Part shown: positions 50,061 to 63,961 of the stretch, in pieces
Position numbering within the stretch: the first letter of the stretch is position 1
Layout: the number at the start of each line of letters is the position of its first letter
Assembly (NCBI RefSeq): GCF_036971445.1
Contig: NC_091471.1
Span: 151,528,001 to 151,592,000, forward strand
Source of the DNA: Narcine bancroftii
Taxonomy: Eukaryota
Direction: 5' to 3'
Length of the DNA stretch: 64,000 bases
Translations under genes and position numbers: made by a program
The notes under the pieces: generated by a model
What the model saw: the letters and a program-made list of their open reading frames with translations, nothing else
What the model was told of the DNA's origin: nothing
The model's database searches: none

Positions 50061-51573
50061 AAACATATGGTTAAGTTCCAAACTCAAAGTGACATATTTA
50101 GTGAGTTTCTATGTGTGTGTTGATACAGAGTGAGGTGAAAAGTATGAGAGACTTCAGCAGGTACACTGTCACAAGCCACCAGTATGCTGATTGACTGCAT
50201 CACAGGCTGGTTTGGCAATTCAAATGCCCAGAATTTCAGAAAGCTGCAGACAGTACAAACATAACTTGCTCCGTCACAGGTTCTGACCTTCCATCCATTA
50301 GAGATATCTATGTGAGGTGCTACCTCAAGATGACAGTCAACATCATAAGGACCCCCATTACCCTGGTCACAACCTTTTCTCGCTATTGTCTTTGGGCAGA
50401 AGGTACAGAAGGATGAAAACCATCATCATCCAAATCTTGTTCAGACTTTGCACTGCAAATAAATTGTACTTCCCTGCTTATAAAATATCAGGGAAGTAAA
50501 TCAGAGATTTATTCTATTTTCATTACATTGTGATTTAGATTTCATAGTGTTTTAAGGATTGTAATTACTAAAATAGAATTACACTCCCAGGTTTGAACAT
50601 GCTAAGGATGTATGACTGGCAGTGATTCAGAATTGTACGAGGACTAAACAGATAGTAACATTAAAAAAAAGTTTAAATCCTGGGGTTTGAGAATTCAGCT
50701 CCAGTTTTTAGAGTTATGAGGCAACTAAAAAGGCAAGTTTGGGAACCACAAATGAGGCAGAAGGAGGCCAAAGGAGAGAACATCGGGGTAGTTTTCGGGA
50801 TTGTGCATCCATTTCACTGCTTATGCAGGACTTCTATTGGGCACCCAGTGTACGGCCCTGAGGTTCTCAATACCATCATTAATGCAATTACTCCACTTTG
50901 AGTGGTCAATTTTTCTCAGAGGGTAAATGATGTTGCATTTGTTCAAGGAAACTTTGAGGACATCGAGAAGTTATTTTCTCTCCAGATAATCTCCTCCTAC
51001 AACTGACCTTGGGCAGGCAAACTATGTATGTGCTGCTCTTTAACATGTTCAATATCTACTTAAAGCTAACTGCAACATGATTTGCCTTCAATAATTAGCA
51101 GGGACCTATTTTTTAAAGAAGGTGGCACTGGTTTATCTTAGTGCCACTGTTTAAAGTCAGCGAACATTATTTAAAGGGGAGATGCACTGTGACTGGTGTG
51201 GATAGTGAAATGATCTTAAAAATGATGCTAACTTGGTAGAAAACATGACATTGTTCAGACATGGTATTATTTCACACTAGATATAAACAGAAATGGTCAA
51301 CCAGAGATAATAATATGAGGATGTATCATTTTTGCACCAGGAATCATTTCACGAATAATAATGGTAGTTTGAATCATCAAATTAGAATTCTGACACATCC
51401 TCGGAAAAAAAACCAAAATATATTAGCACAAATTATTATAATTTATACCAGTAACCTGTTCATTAAAATCTAATATCCGTAAGCAGGCCAAGTAGAATAT
51501 GCTCCCCATTGTGATTTGATTCAAAAAGGTATCTAAATAATCATCACTTAACATGTTAACACTTTTAGAGTGT

Positions 51574-51888
51574 TTCTTTGGCTTGGCTTCGCGCACGAAG
51601 ATTTATGGAGGGGGTAAATGTCCACGTCAGCTGCAGGCTCGTTTGTGGCTGACAAGTCCGATGTGGGACAGGCAGACACGGTTGCAGCGGTTGGCGTTGG
51701 GTGTTGGGTTTTTCCTCCTTTGCCTTTTGTCAGTGAGGTGGGCTCTGCGGTCTTCTTCAAAGGAGGTTGCTGCCCGCCAAACTGTGAGGCGCCAAGATGC
51801 ACGGTTTGAGGTGATATCAGCCCACTGGCGGTGGTCAATGTGGCAGGCACCAAGAGATTTCTTTAGGCAGTCCTTGTACCTTTTCTTT
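51574..51888 (-). mobile_element. RTE 3' fragment with a small internal deletion
   Basis: Matches the other RTE copies. TSD tttag(a/t)gtgt at 51564-51573 and 51886-51895. Confidence 0.93.
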
Positions 51889-53189
51889 AGTGTGTATTAC
51901 ATAGAAATACCTCACAGGCTAATTATATTCTATGACAATTTAGAGAGAAGGAGAATGAAAAGTCATAAAATGTTATGAAAGATTTAAATCAGAATAGTAG
52001 AGCCAGATTAAACAGTTTGGGACATTTCCAAGGCTTTCACAGAAACTCACAACAAATCTGGACCTCGTCTGTTACTCAAGCTGGTTGCTTGCAATTAACT
52101 AATATTGAAAATTTGAAACTCATTAAAGCAAGGCATGGGTGACAAAGTGCATGACTTGTGATTTCTTATTTCCACATCTGTTGCATGGATGATGAATAAA
52201 AATTGTAAGTTTATCCAAGTGCTGAACAAGATTGCTTGAACATTAATCATCAGTTGTTTATATGGATGGATTTAAAATCAATAGGATTTGGAATTTGGTG
52301 ATCAAGCAGGTTGAGGATCAACTCACAGTTGGGAACTCTTTTGTCCAAGAGGTGCACAAAACTCATAGGTGGGAATCTGCAGGGCAATCTTGAACATCTG
52401 TTGAATACCTCAAACACTCAATTCCATTCCTATTTGGACCTATCTGTCCATAGCTTCCTCCCTTGTCATAGTGAGGCCCAATTTAAACCAGAGGAACATC
52501 ACATGTCCTGTCCAAGCAATTTGCAAACTTCTGGAATGAACAGTTAATCTTCATACTTCAGTTAAACTACTCTCTCATTGTTTCCCATTATCCCTGCTGA
52601 TTAACCTTTTTTACCTTGTGAATACTTCTACAAAATGCTTTTTTAATCTTCAGTTCCATTTATCAGCTGGTTTGTCTTACCTAATCTCCACCACCTTTTA
52701 TCCTTCTGCTGCTCCCCACCACCCCACCCCCCCACAAACCCCCCCACACCCAGCTCTTCTTTGAAAACTGTGCATCTTCTCAGTTTGGAGGTAGGGTTCC
52801 TGTCATGAAACATGGAATATTTAGGAACAAGACCTTTGCCCACAATATCTACATGAAAAATGATGCCAAATTAAACTAAGTCACTGCTGCTTGTACATGA
52901 TACAGATCGCTCTATTCCCTGCACCTCATGTCCCTATCTGGAAGTCTCTGAAGCATTAACTGATTTTTCTTTCCTCAGATGCTGCTGAACAAGTCCAATT
53001 CTTTCAGCATTTTCTGTTTTTTTCTTCAAATCCTATGATATTTGTTTGCACTCATCCTTGTGCTAGATTGCTTCAGAGCATAGAGTGGAAATTAAGGGTT
53101 TCCTCTTTTTGGCCGGAGTAACTGAAAGTATTTCATTTGAAGTTGCTCTGAATAATGAATAATTTCTGTGTATGTTAAGCATCCTTTCT

Positions 53190-53830
53190 TTTTAAAATAT
53201 GTTTATTGAATTTAACGTACAAATCCTACCTTCAAAATCTACTAGTATAGCAAAAAAGCATGCCATATCATATACATATCACAAATTAATATAAATATAA
53301 TTGAAATACATCCATATTTGTTGATTTAACATTATTTCTTAAAAATAATTCTGGATAGAAACTAATTGAGTTACATTATAACATGCCTTGGTCGTAACAC
53401 AGCGTTATATCTGTCTAATGTGATAATATGATTTAGCACAACAATAATTAAACTTGTATATAATCAGTTAATCTAAAAAATCAAAAATAAAAGGAAACAG
53501 ACAAAAGAAAACTAAAACTAAATCTAATCTACCCCCCTCCTTCTTACCAAGATTATCTTGTAGAGAAAAAAGTGGAGATATGGATCGAATAGTGACCTTC
53601 AGAAACTAGATAGAGAATTGCCAGAGCATCCAAATTACTTAAATCTGTCAATCATGATAGCATTCCATGAGTGGGCCCCACATCTTTTCAATTTGAAACT
53701 TTCAATCTATAATGTTGTATCTAATTTTCTCCACGCTTAAATATGGTATTACATCATGTAACTGCTGTGCGTAAGTAGGTGAAGATTCATCTTTCCACTT
53801 CATTAAAATTGCTCATCTGGCTATTAACGT
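53190..53830 (-). mobile_element. Old L1 3' fragment
   Basis: T-rich tail with tttatt. Minus-strand remnants of the ORF2 C-terminus (KWK...W...EKIRY). Confidence 0.55.
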
Positions 53831-54239
53831 GCAACATCATTCTGGAAATAATTCTACATCACAGACTTGCTTGGTTGGCACAACACAATCACAGTGAAGT
53901 GACTAGGGTTTGAATTCTCCTCTTTCTGTAAGAAGTTTGTATGATCTTCTTGTGTCAATGTGGGTTTCCTCTGGAAAATCCAGTTTCCTCCCATGTTCCT
54001 AAGATGTACTGGGTTAGTAGGACTCATGGCCCAGATGTATCTCAAAATTAAAAAAAAAACCTTAGCACAATACGATAGTCCATTAATCTGGATACCAGTA
54101 CAAAGAGAAAGTAGATATACCAATGTTTCCAATATTTTACAAAGTAAAACTGCTTGAAGTTAAAATGAAGTTATATGACAATAAAGAGACTATAAAGAAT
54201 CATTTTGTTCTCAGTAAAGTTAAAAAAAATTAAAAATGG

Positions 54240-55066
54240 TGGTGGTGCTAGAGCTGCTCTAATGGGATCGGTTCAACTAGTGTAGACCTGTTGAGAGAAG
54301 GGAGTGAAGACTCAGCACTCCCCCGTCATGTCCAACTAACCGGTCTGACTGCCATCAGCTCTGTACAGGCTTTAAGCAACCTGTTAAAACTGCGGATAGT
54401 GGTTTATTTTAAAATCCCATGATCATGGGATCTGCCCCAAGATGCCGGCATCTATGTTCAGCTGCAGCCAAGAGGAGTTGCAGAATCTGGAGAAGTGGAG
54501 GACTGGTGCAGGGCATTAGACATTAGAGACCACCACGACCCCCTCGTGGTTTGAGAAGAAGCAGAAAAGGAGATGACCCATGGGATAGTGAACTTGGCAG
54601 TGGACCAGTTGGACCAGTGAAGGGCTCCGAGGCTGAAGAACCAACAGGAGTCAGGTTGTTGGTGACTTGAGGTGATGTACCAATGTAGGATGTGGGCTGT
54701 TGGCAACTGTGGACAAGAAATCCCATCAGGCTGAGGACTGCTGGAGATTTGCTCAAGAATGGCTGAAGGGATAACCAGGTGCGAGAGGGTGCTGCAGGTT
54801 TCCTGATTGCATCAGAGATGTGCACCTGAATGGTTCAAATTGAAGGCTGTGTGGCCGCGGAGGCTACAGGAGTACTGGAGGCAAAACTATGGACATTTAT
54901 TGAGGCTAGGGGTGGGGGGGCATCTCTTTTGCTTCTCTTTTTCTGTTGGGCCGCTAGGCAAATTTTCATGATAATTAATCTTTGTCTTCCTCACAGTGGA
55001 CTAAAGGAAATTTCATGTAATATCACATTTCTTTGTTTTATTACATGACAATAAAATAATCTTGAA
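54240..55066 (+). mobile_element. Non-coding GC-rich retroposon with a Rex1-like tail; probable relative at about 11230-11900
   Basis: Ends atttcatg..catgacaataaaataatcttga, like the Rex1 tail at 28870-28910. Shares ggctttaa..cctgtt..caagatg motifs with 11350-11420. Confidence 0.5.
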
Positions 55067-55541
55067 AGAGTGCCAGAGATTATTGAAATGTAGTATCCAA
55101 ATTAAAACTGTCCAACAATCTTAGCTTTTAAGATCTCTCCTCTAATTTAGCTTCTGTTTAAACTACAATTATAAAACCTCTTGAGATATTAAAGGTGCTT
55201 TATAAGGACAAGCATTGTTTATTTTACTGGTGCCCTCTACGTGTAGTGCAATGTTACTCAGTGGCAAAAAAACAAACTGTAGGAAGCACCTGAGCACACA
55301 TGAAAAAGAAACTCTAACTGCTTTTTGTTTTGCATGGATGCTGCATAACCTGGCAAGTGTATCCAGCACATTTTTGTACTGTTGGAAGAACTCAGGAGGC
55401 CAAGTAGCATCACGGAAACATGTACAATGTCCAATGTTTCAGGACAAGACCTTGCATTAGGACTGAGAGTATAGCTGGTATCTAGGCATGGGCGGGAGGG
55501 ATGAGACAAATGCTGCTATATGATAGGTAGATATAGATAAC

Positions 55542-55901
55542 CCTTTTCAGGTTCTAGTACTTCCTGATTTTTATTGTTACAGCAAGAATGTCTCTGTGCT
55601 TTTAAGATGAGTTCTTTCAAACAAATTTTATGAGCCTTTCTTCCAAACAAAGTTCATAATTATAATTTTCTTTGAATCAAAATATAGACAAAACTTTCCA
55701 GATTCTAGTATTTCGTAATTTCAAAATGTCATCTTCAAGGAAACATGGGCATGATATTCTGAATTAGTATCTTATTATTTCAATAAATCAAATTTTGTAG
55801 ATGCAGCTTCATGTATCTTAAATTTGTTAATAAAACAGATAAACGTTTTGCTTAACTTCACATTAAGATTTTCATAATGATGAATAAACAAGGCATATAC
55901 T
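55542..55901 (-). pseudogene. Candidate exon (VYALFIHHYENLNVKLSKTF..) with several stops
   Basis: Acceptor tttaaatag| at 55901. 3' boundary uncertain. Confidence 0.35.
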
Positions 55902-56362
55902 CTATTTAAAGATATAACGATATTCAAATTTAAAGAGATAAACAAGAAGAAATAAGATGAATTCAAAGAAAATTATCTCGAGCTCACTTTCCCTTCATAA
56001 TACATCGAAAAATGAGATTCAAGCTCTTAGTCTGCGCAGATATTATGACATATGATGTCATAGTCACTATGGGAACACAACAAACAATAGTCTTTCTTAA
56101 ATAGATGAGCACAAAATTAACTAAGAATCAAAAACACAAGGTTTTAACCTTTACAGTAGAATCAAATAAGGGGAGAGATGGGCAGGTGGAGCCAGGAAGG
56201 GAAAGTGGAGGGAGAAGTTGAAAGAGCAGTTAATAAGCATTGATAGAAACATGCAAGGGAAAAAAATAGGCAGATAAATCTAGATGATGGAGTTGAGAGG
56301 CAGAGAGGAGACAAAGGCTGGTAGATGTCTCGACTCCACAGATGTTGTTTGTCCAGGTGAGA

Positions 56363-56980
56363 TTTTTTTTCAAATTTCATTAGCACATGTAACAAAATTG
56401 CATAGAGAACTAAAATAATTCTATATATCAAAATCAATACATGATATTTTTTAGCATTCCCACCCCCCACTCCCTCCCATATGGAAAAAAAAACCCAAGA
56501 AGTAGTTGTAAGTGCTAAAATAATTATGTCACAATTTATTCATAATGTAATATACAGTATTGTTTTAAAATCAGTCTATTCTTTCCCTTTTTCTTTCTTT
56601 GTTCTTTTTTTCTCTTTTTTCCTTTATTCTTTGCTTAAAAACACGGGAATAACATCTAACAAATTAAAATAAAATGAAATGAATTAAGGTAAGGTCAAAT
56701 TCTACCAATTGACATAATATAATTACTTATAAAGTTATAACTGCAATCTTTTGCATAAATTGAAACCAAATTTTCAAAAAAAAAATCATATTTGTTCTTT
56801 AAATTATATGTGATCTTTTCTAAAGGTGTACACCTTTGCACTTCACCATGCCATCTATCTAATACCAATTTCCATGAAACGGTTATACATTTCCTGGCAA
56901 CTACCAGCGTGATCTTTAAAAAATTCTTTTTGAAACCAATTTAATTTTAAATCTGGACTAATCCTTGATCCAGCTGAGAT
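56363..56980 (-). mobile_element. Old L1 3' fragment
   Basis: Poly-T tail. Minus-strand VARKCITVSW..EKITYNL-type remnants. Confidence 0.65.
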
Positions 56981-57395
56981 ATTCAAGCAGTTTTCTTTTT
57001 GTTGCAGAGCCCAGCATCTGCAATCCTATGTTCACCGGCAGGGCTTAATACAATAATAACTAGGAAACATCCCTTAGAATAAACAAAATATTGAAAAATA
57101 TAAGGGTGCCATTTATAGAGTTTGATTGAGATTCAAATTATATCAGTTCATGAATGCAAGATAGTCACAAATAAATCAGAAAGGAATACAAATCAGGGAC
57201 CATCAATAATGTAGAGTTGGGAATCACATTTAGTGTTGAGATTATGAGACTTTTAGAGAGAAGTTGGTTGAACGTATGAAATAATGGTTGAAAGAAAGTT
57301 TAGATTAACAAATATGTTTAGCAATAATGAGATAGCCATGGAAGAAGAGGTTTGCGTGGAGCAACTCCTGTAAAAAACTAGCTTGACCAAATTGC

Positions 57396-57567
57396 CTGTC
57401 ACTGTGTACAAGTTCTCCATTAAATGATAAAACACAATGGTCCAGAATTCACTCAACGCCATTAATGACATTGAGTATTTGCTTTGAATCCCAATAATTC
57501 CGATTACATTTTTATGCAAATCCATCATCCTTATGGAAGGTAGCATCAAATCAATGCTGGCCTTCAC
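57396..57567 (-). pseudogene. Candidate exon (reading frame ambiguous)
   Basis: Acceptor gccacag| at 57567. One open frame, and one protein-like frame with stops (..RNYWDSKQILNVI..ILDHCVLSFNGELVHSD). Confidence 0.4.
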
Positions 57568-58760
57568 CTGTGGCATAAGAATTCTATATTTTCTTTTAAA
57601 TTCTATTCCACATTAAAGAAAATATAAGGGAAAAGAAATCAATTTAGAATTAAATTGGAAGCAACAGAATTGCTTCTCGTTATACCACACTTAATTATAG
57701 CCAACATGCTCTGCACTCAAGGGGAATATTGTGAAATTCTTTCATCTCTTGATGAGCATATATGTTGGAATATAGGGGGAAAACTTTTTTTCACAGTTAT
57801 CATTACAAGCAAAAATCGCAGCATAGGTGGTAAAACGTTAACATAACATGAAAGCAGTTCTTCAGTGGAAATTAGGTCAGACAGTACAGGATTGGAATTT
57901 GGTGAAAGTGCAAACTGGAAGTCGAATTACCATTTCAGTTCTTACACTTTTTGAGCTTTTCAGACAGTATCTCCAATCCAGTAATATCTCAGCAGCTGCC
58001 AGAACCGATGTTATAGAAGACTCTTTTGATTGTATTTCTTTGTTGACATGTCAGTAACATCCCGGTTTTGTTGCTAACCTTATTCAACAGCTTTCATTTA
58101 AAATATCAAATTTATATACTTACAAAAATTAAATCCCTTGGTCTCCTAGTGCTATCTTGCAAGGGAATTTATCAGATTTAGTGGGAAGTAAAACTGAATT
58201 TTTCACCTGCAAAAACTTGAGCTCATAAAAGAAGCCTTCTGCCTCGATTCATTCAGGGTATTAAATCTCCATGTGATCCTGCTATATTTAGTAAAGTACA
58301 TTAAGAGAGGATAATGTTTTATTTTCCATCAAAACTATCACTCAGTTTAATCCACATAGAATAGGAAATCATCAAAAAGTCAGATTACCAAAAAGAAGGA
58401 GGATTTTAAACTTAATCAAATTGGAACTGTGTCGAACATCTTAGAAATCTTTGTTTGATGGAATATAACTAATCATACAAGTATATGCACATATTTATAC
58501 ATGAGCCATAATGTACTGTCAATCACCACAATTACAAAATTGATTACCTTAGCTAAAATAAATGATTATCAGATCAATGTGACATATATACTATAGCAAT
58601 CCAGTTACAAAATGCTGAGAATATATATTTTAAATTTCTTTCAAAGCATTATTAATGATATAATTAAGTTTATGCCTCAAAAAAGTAGAGTCTGCAAACA
58701 ACTTTCATTTTATATGAATAATGAGACTCCGTTCAACAAAATAAAACGTGTTAGATTCAC

Positions 58761-58934
58761 ATTCTTTGCAAGTCTGAAAATTCTACAAAAAATGTGATCA
58801 GACATAAACTGGGAAATCAGCGCCTCATCTGTCTGTCTCTCACATGCAATCCAAATGTTGATGAAGGCAATGTCTTTGGATTCCTTCTGGTGAATGTGCT
58901 TTTTATGATGCTGTTCAGAGGTAATTTTAGGAAT
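58761..58934 (-). pseudogene. Candidate exon (IPKITSEQHHKK..RLAKN), 174 bp open
   Basis: Acceptor aatcag|, donor |gtgaat. Confidence 0.4.
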
Positions 58935-59689
58935 CTGATTCAGCAATGATCAATGAGTACAAATACATTTCCAACTCAGACAGATGCATGATTTGGAGGG
59001 ATATTGAAAAGAGAGATTGAGATGTTACTGGACATTTTCTATCCTCAACATGCCAGGTAGTAGAGATCTTGAATTTGTCAAGTTGGTCTTGTAACTTGAA
59101 ACTTATAAGACTACATTTTGATACATATTTCTACCTGTGTCAGTAGTAGAGTGAATGAATATTTAGGCTGATATATCAGGTGCCAACTGACAACTGCCTT
59201 GTCCTGTTTGGCCATGGGCATCTTGAATGTGGCTGAAACTTCACTCACCCAGAAAAGAAGGAAAATATTAGATTGAGAATGCAAGAGAAAGTTGTTTTAC
59301 TATCTCCATAAAGAAATTAACACATGCAGAAATAACACTGGTCATTTTAAATTATTTACTTTCCAAACTAGCTAAATTGTTTTCTATTTCTAGAGTGTAA
59401 ATATTAACATTACAGAATTCTCAGGGCATTAAAAAGAGAACAGGGCAGCAGAATTAATGTAGCACTTTGCACAACACTATTATAGCACCAGCGACCGGAT
59501 TTGAATCTAACACTCTCTGTAAGGAGTATGCATGTTTCACTTGTGACTGCATAGGTTTCCTTTGTCTTCTCTCATTTCCTCCCACCCTTCAAAGAAATTG
59601 AATCATTGTCAGATTAATTGAGGCATTTGGGTGGCTTGGGGTAATGGTCCAGAAAGGCCATTGTTTGACTAAACTAAAATTAAAATAAA

Positions 59690-60130
59690 CAATGATGGAA
59701 TAAACTTGATGAACCTCCTCTTCAAAGCCAGAATATCTTTTTTTTTAAGTAAGGAAAACAGAAATGGACACAGTACTCCAGATGCAGCTGTAACACTGCC
59801 ATGAATAGTTGCAGCAGAACTGTTCCTTGCTCTTAAATTGAATCCCTTTGCAGTGAATACAAACATTCCATTTGGCTTCTTGATTACCTGCTGTTCCTGC
59901 AAACCAACCTTTTGCAATTCATGCACAAGCACTCCCAATTCTCTCTGCACAACGGTATGCTGCAATTGTTCCCCATTTAAATAATAATCTGACCTATTAT
60001 TTTGACTTAAGGTGGACCTCACACTTACCTCCAAGTGCCCGTCCCTTGCCTACTCTCTTGACCGATCCACATCTCCAGCCATCCTCTGCACAATTTGTTT
60101 TTCCTTGCAATTTGGTGTCATCCCTAATTT
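59690..60130 (-). mobile_element. CR1 fragment
   Basis: DDTKL..; YYLNGEQL..QRELGVLVH. Confidence 0.8.
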
Positions 60131-60819
60131 CCTGTGAAGGTTTAATTGATAATGATTGAACAATTGTTTTCCACTTCACAGGAATTTTGGCAGTTTCACT
60201 CAGTAAAATGAAAACTTTGAACAGCTTCAAATGAAGCATTACATTTTACTTCAAAGGAGTTGGAAAGATCTGAATGCTACAGATTATCTCACCCATCTGC
60301 ATTGCCATTCACCACTCCAAATATTTCAAATCATCAATCCCATTACATCATTAATGCTGGCTCCTACCCACCAGCTTGACTAAGAACTTGTCATACCTGA
60401 CAAAGGGTCAAATCCCTTATGGATGCTACATGTCCTGTTGAATTTCTCCAGGACATTTGCGCATTGCCATTAACACTTCTGACTCTCCCTGAACTCCAGT
60501 TTTTTTCTCAGCGCATCTACACTTTAAAATGGTCAATATCAACCCTCACATTCAAACAGGGGCCAACCTCAAGGATAGCCAACAATATGTCAACAAGTAA
60601 TTTCTCAAGTACAGAATGACAGCATGGTTTTCATCATTAGTCTTTTGAATGATAAATTGTCTCTGCTTGCTTTATGTACATCTGAAATTTTCAGCCCAAA
60701 CGATACAAACTGAGGAAGCATGAATTTGGGAAGAATTGTTACTGCAATCTTCAATGGATCAAACACATTCCTCATTTGAATTCAATGAAATTTATCAACA
60801 AAAGTTGCTCAGTGTCTGA

Positions 60820-60998
60820 NNNNNNNNNNNNNNNNNNNNNNNNNNNNNNNNNNNNNNNNNNNNNNNNNNNNNNNNNNNNNNNNNNNNNNNNNNNNNNNNN
60901 NNNNNNNNNNNNNNNNNNNNNNNNNNNNNNNNNNNNNNNNNNNNNNNNNNNNNNNNNNNNNNNNNNNNNNNNNNNNNNNNNNNNNNNNNNNNNNNNNN
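60820..60998. other. Assembly gap (N run)
   Basis: Run of n. Confidence 1.
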
Positions 60999-61442
60999 AA
61001 ACTGCAAGAGGACACAAGTGAGGTCTCACCCAAGGAGCAATTGCAATTTTAGGTATTCATCTATTCATCCTAATTAAAATTGAGTGTAAGTCTTCTAACT
61101 GATCAATGGACTTCCTGGCACTAGATAGCAATGATAAGAGAGAAGCTTGGCTGGCATTTCTCAATCTGCATCCAAGCAGCAGTAATATTGACTGTAGCAT
61201 CCCATTACTATCTGGATTTCAATCAAGTAATGACTTCATGATATGTAAATCTCATTATTAACACAGGCCTATGGTATATCCACTGCACACTCAAGATATG
61301 CAAAAATGTCCATCAACATAACCAATGTCTACATTGTGATTGCAGAATATCTGATGTAAATGATAATAAAGGAATTTTTCAGCAGGCTGTGTATATTATA
61401 TTGTCATATTACAGGCAAAAATACTGTAAATAAATCATATAC

Positions 61443-62016
61443 CAATTTTGCTTTATACTTTGCAAGACTGAATTGAATGACAATCAATTCAAGTTTAAAT
61501 TTACACCCTCTCGACACCTCAATGGACAATGCAACCTTAAATTGTGTGCATGTGTGGCATGCCATGACACAGAAGATTTTGCACATTAGCAAATGACATC
61601 AATCAGTGAACAATCCATGTTTGGCACCATTGCTCCAACAATGGAGCATGACCACAACTAAAAAGAGTTGGAGCCTCAATCAGGAAAACAGGACTGTGCA
61701 AGGAAAGTAGGTCAGCTCAGTGTTTCTTAAAGTGACAGACTATACCTTCAACATTGTGTGGAGAAAAATCTGACAGATCCAGTTCCAGTACAATGACGGG
61801 TAAGACTTCTCAGTATTTTTAATGAAGTCATGATGCTCTCTTTTAGGCATGGAAAAGGACGAAATGCATGAAATGGTTGAGAAACCAAGTATTGTGGTTG
61901 ATTCCTTTGTATTTGCTTCTACCAATAGCAATGACCAAAGAAAAGCATAATCCTCACTTTCATTGGAGATCTGAACACAGATTGTCTGACATTGCACCAA
62001 AACTATCAGTGAACAT
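61443..62016 (-). pseudogene. Two phase-compatible candidate exons (62016-61746 and 61535-61443)
   Basis: ttaacag| .. aag|gtatag and ttaag| .. ttg|gtatat. Both have an open frame and join in phase 0. Confidence 0.5.
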
Positions 62017-62373
62017 CTGTTAAAATATTTTCGTATTAATAGAATAAGTTAACTTTGATGTCTCCTTGCAACATCTATTACTGAGGAACTCCAGCTACGA
62101 CAAGACATTGTAGAGGTAGATTCTTACTTTAAATGCCACTCTTAAAATTACATACAATTGAGAAGAACAATTGTACAGCGGAATCATTCTCTGAACACCA
62201 AGAATGAAATGGAATGAAACACAGAAGTCTGCCGACAATGTGATGGCAGTAAAAACACACTGTAAATGCTGGAGGAACTCAGTCAATGTTGCAGCATCCA
62301 CGCAAGATAAAGATATATCACCAAGCTTTGGGCATGAGCTTTTCTTCAAGGTATAAGCAAAAAGCAGGTTCAG

Positions 62374-63175
62374 TGTGGATTGTGGAGCTCATGTGAGCTC
62401 TCCACCTGCCTGAGATCAGAAGTGACCATATCTGCCAATCAAGGGTTAGATTAGGTGAGACTGATGAGTGAATGATCCTTGCAGGTCGCATGGACGGGCC
62501 CTGAAATGATAAAGCAGCATGTGGAGTTTTGTCTACCACTATTTTTGTGGTTGTATGGAGGTCATCACTAAACTACAGGCTGTGGCCACATGCAATATAC
62601 CCATCCTAGGTCCTGAGCCATGGGTGATGCTGAAGCCCATTTGTTATACTTGTTAGTTCCAATTAATTCACTGTTTATTAGTGTGCTATGGCTGCTAGGG
62701 ATAGAGAGGGTTAGTGGCTGCTGTGTGTTTGACTGGGAGTTGAGAATGCTTAGCAGTGATTTATTCACACCTAATATGTAGTTATTTGTGTACTATTACT
62801 GTGTATGTGTTCATTAGTTGTGACCATTGCTGAACTCCAGGCTGCAGGCCATGGGCAGATCCGGAGGGCCGATCCCAGATCCTGAGCAGCAACAACACTA
62901 GAGATCAGGTTCAATGTGTATGTGTTTGTTTAGTTTTGTGCTATACCATACCCATGGGTGGTTGGGAAAATCCTTGTTGAGTTGTTACCTAGTATAATGT
63001 GCTTATGGGTGGATGAATGCTAAGAAAGTTTAATCCTCATTTATTTGAGAATATGTCTGAGTGTGGATGTGTTATTTTTATGAATTTCCCTGTCTATAAA
63101 TAAAGACCCCTGTTTGTTAATAAGGTATGTCCAGCCTTGGTTCTCTTTAAACCTGTCAAACCTATCCTGAACACA
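62374..63175 (+). mobile_element. Solo LTR (802 bp) inserted in a Penelope-like repeat
   Basis: tgtgg...aacaca termini. 4-bp TSD tcag at 62370-62373 and 63176-63179. tataaataaa near 63095. Confidence 0.8.
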
Positions 63176-63249
63176 TCAGCAAGCAGGTGTCGAGAATTTG
63201 AGAGCAGTAGGGAGTGCAGATGGAGATCAATGAGAGAGTCCAAGAATAA

Positions 63250-63961
63250 AATGCCAAGTTATAGATTATGCCTCCTATTCTCTTGATTGGGGAATGATAT
63301 GGCATCCAAAAATTGTTCAAAGGTTAAAATATTCTTCCAATAAATTTGGCAGGTCCTGAGGGAATTTGATCCTTCCAGAACAAAAGGCCACAAGTATTAG
63401 AATCTAGAACAATAAAAAAACACTGGAAGAATGAAATAGGTCAAGCAGAATCTGTGAAAGCAAAAGGAATGTGATCTTGCAAATTGAGATCCTGCAACTC
63501 ACAACTTTTGCCTCCACCAATGCTGCTTGATCAATTGAGTTTTTTTAGACCTGTTTTACATTCTTACAGGCTTCTGTCCCTTTGAACATTGATCATGATA
63601 ATACTGGGTCTTTTATCATCTTCCATCTCATGGCATTGTAGTACCTTGCAATGAAAATTTGTTTTTTGCATATTATTTTGTGATGATGTAGTGGGGCTTA
63701 GAAGAGGCAGGAGAGAAGATACTCTCTAGCTAAATGTACAACATTTAATCACCTATTAATTATGCTGAGATTGTGTTGGGATTTTTGTCATCTTAAAGTC
63801 TGAACAGAACAGGATGAAGCCATCTGAACTTTCCTTTTCACCAATTTAAAAATGATGTAAATTAAACTGGATTTGGTGCATAATTTAAACAGTCTCTATC
63901 TTGAATTGGAATGATAATTAAAGGAAGTTGTTCAGGAATTTTGCAGTAAAACTCCTGCCAG
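63250..63961 (-). pseudogene. Three phase-compatible candidate exons (63961-63842, 63696-63645, 63451-about 63250)
   Basis: Canonical AG/GT sites. Spliced peptide WQEFYCKIPEQLPLIIIP..V*FTSFLNC|PTTS..FHCK|ILLDLFH..F*..KFPQDLPNLLEEYF contains in-frame stops. Confidence 0.5.

Larger units (their letters stand above)
650..63961 (-). pseudogene. Decayed multi-exon gene, CCDC162/C6orf183 (DUF4549)-family-like; probably continues beyond both window edges
   Basis: At least 15 non-repeat segments bounded by polypyrimidine-AG and GT, all on the minus strand. Peptides (MNYF; G.IIY; LYTTE..HQF; PYWEI; LYL..F.PTL; LGM..LSPVAF; IGNFTY; LSYQ; RPKRL..FFHIP) follow the motif order I recall for CCDC162. Many in-frame stops and frameshifts. 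Family assignment is from memory. Confidence 0.55.

Noticed and set aside
62362-63188. 8-bp TSD aagcaggt implying a hAT element
   Set aside because: No TIRs. TG..CA termini with a directly abutting 4-bp tcag duplication fit a solo LTR better.
650-63961. Identity of the minus-strand gene as a dynein heavy chain or KIAA0825
   Set aside because: No AAA/P-loop or other matching motifs in the translated exons. The CCDC162-like motif order fits better.
650-63961. Exon disruptions as sequencing indel errors
   Set aside because: Many are substitution stops, a young RTE ORF in the same window is error-free over ~300 codons, and TEs appear to interrupt exons. Not fully excluded without reads.
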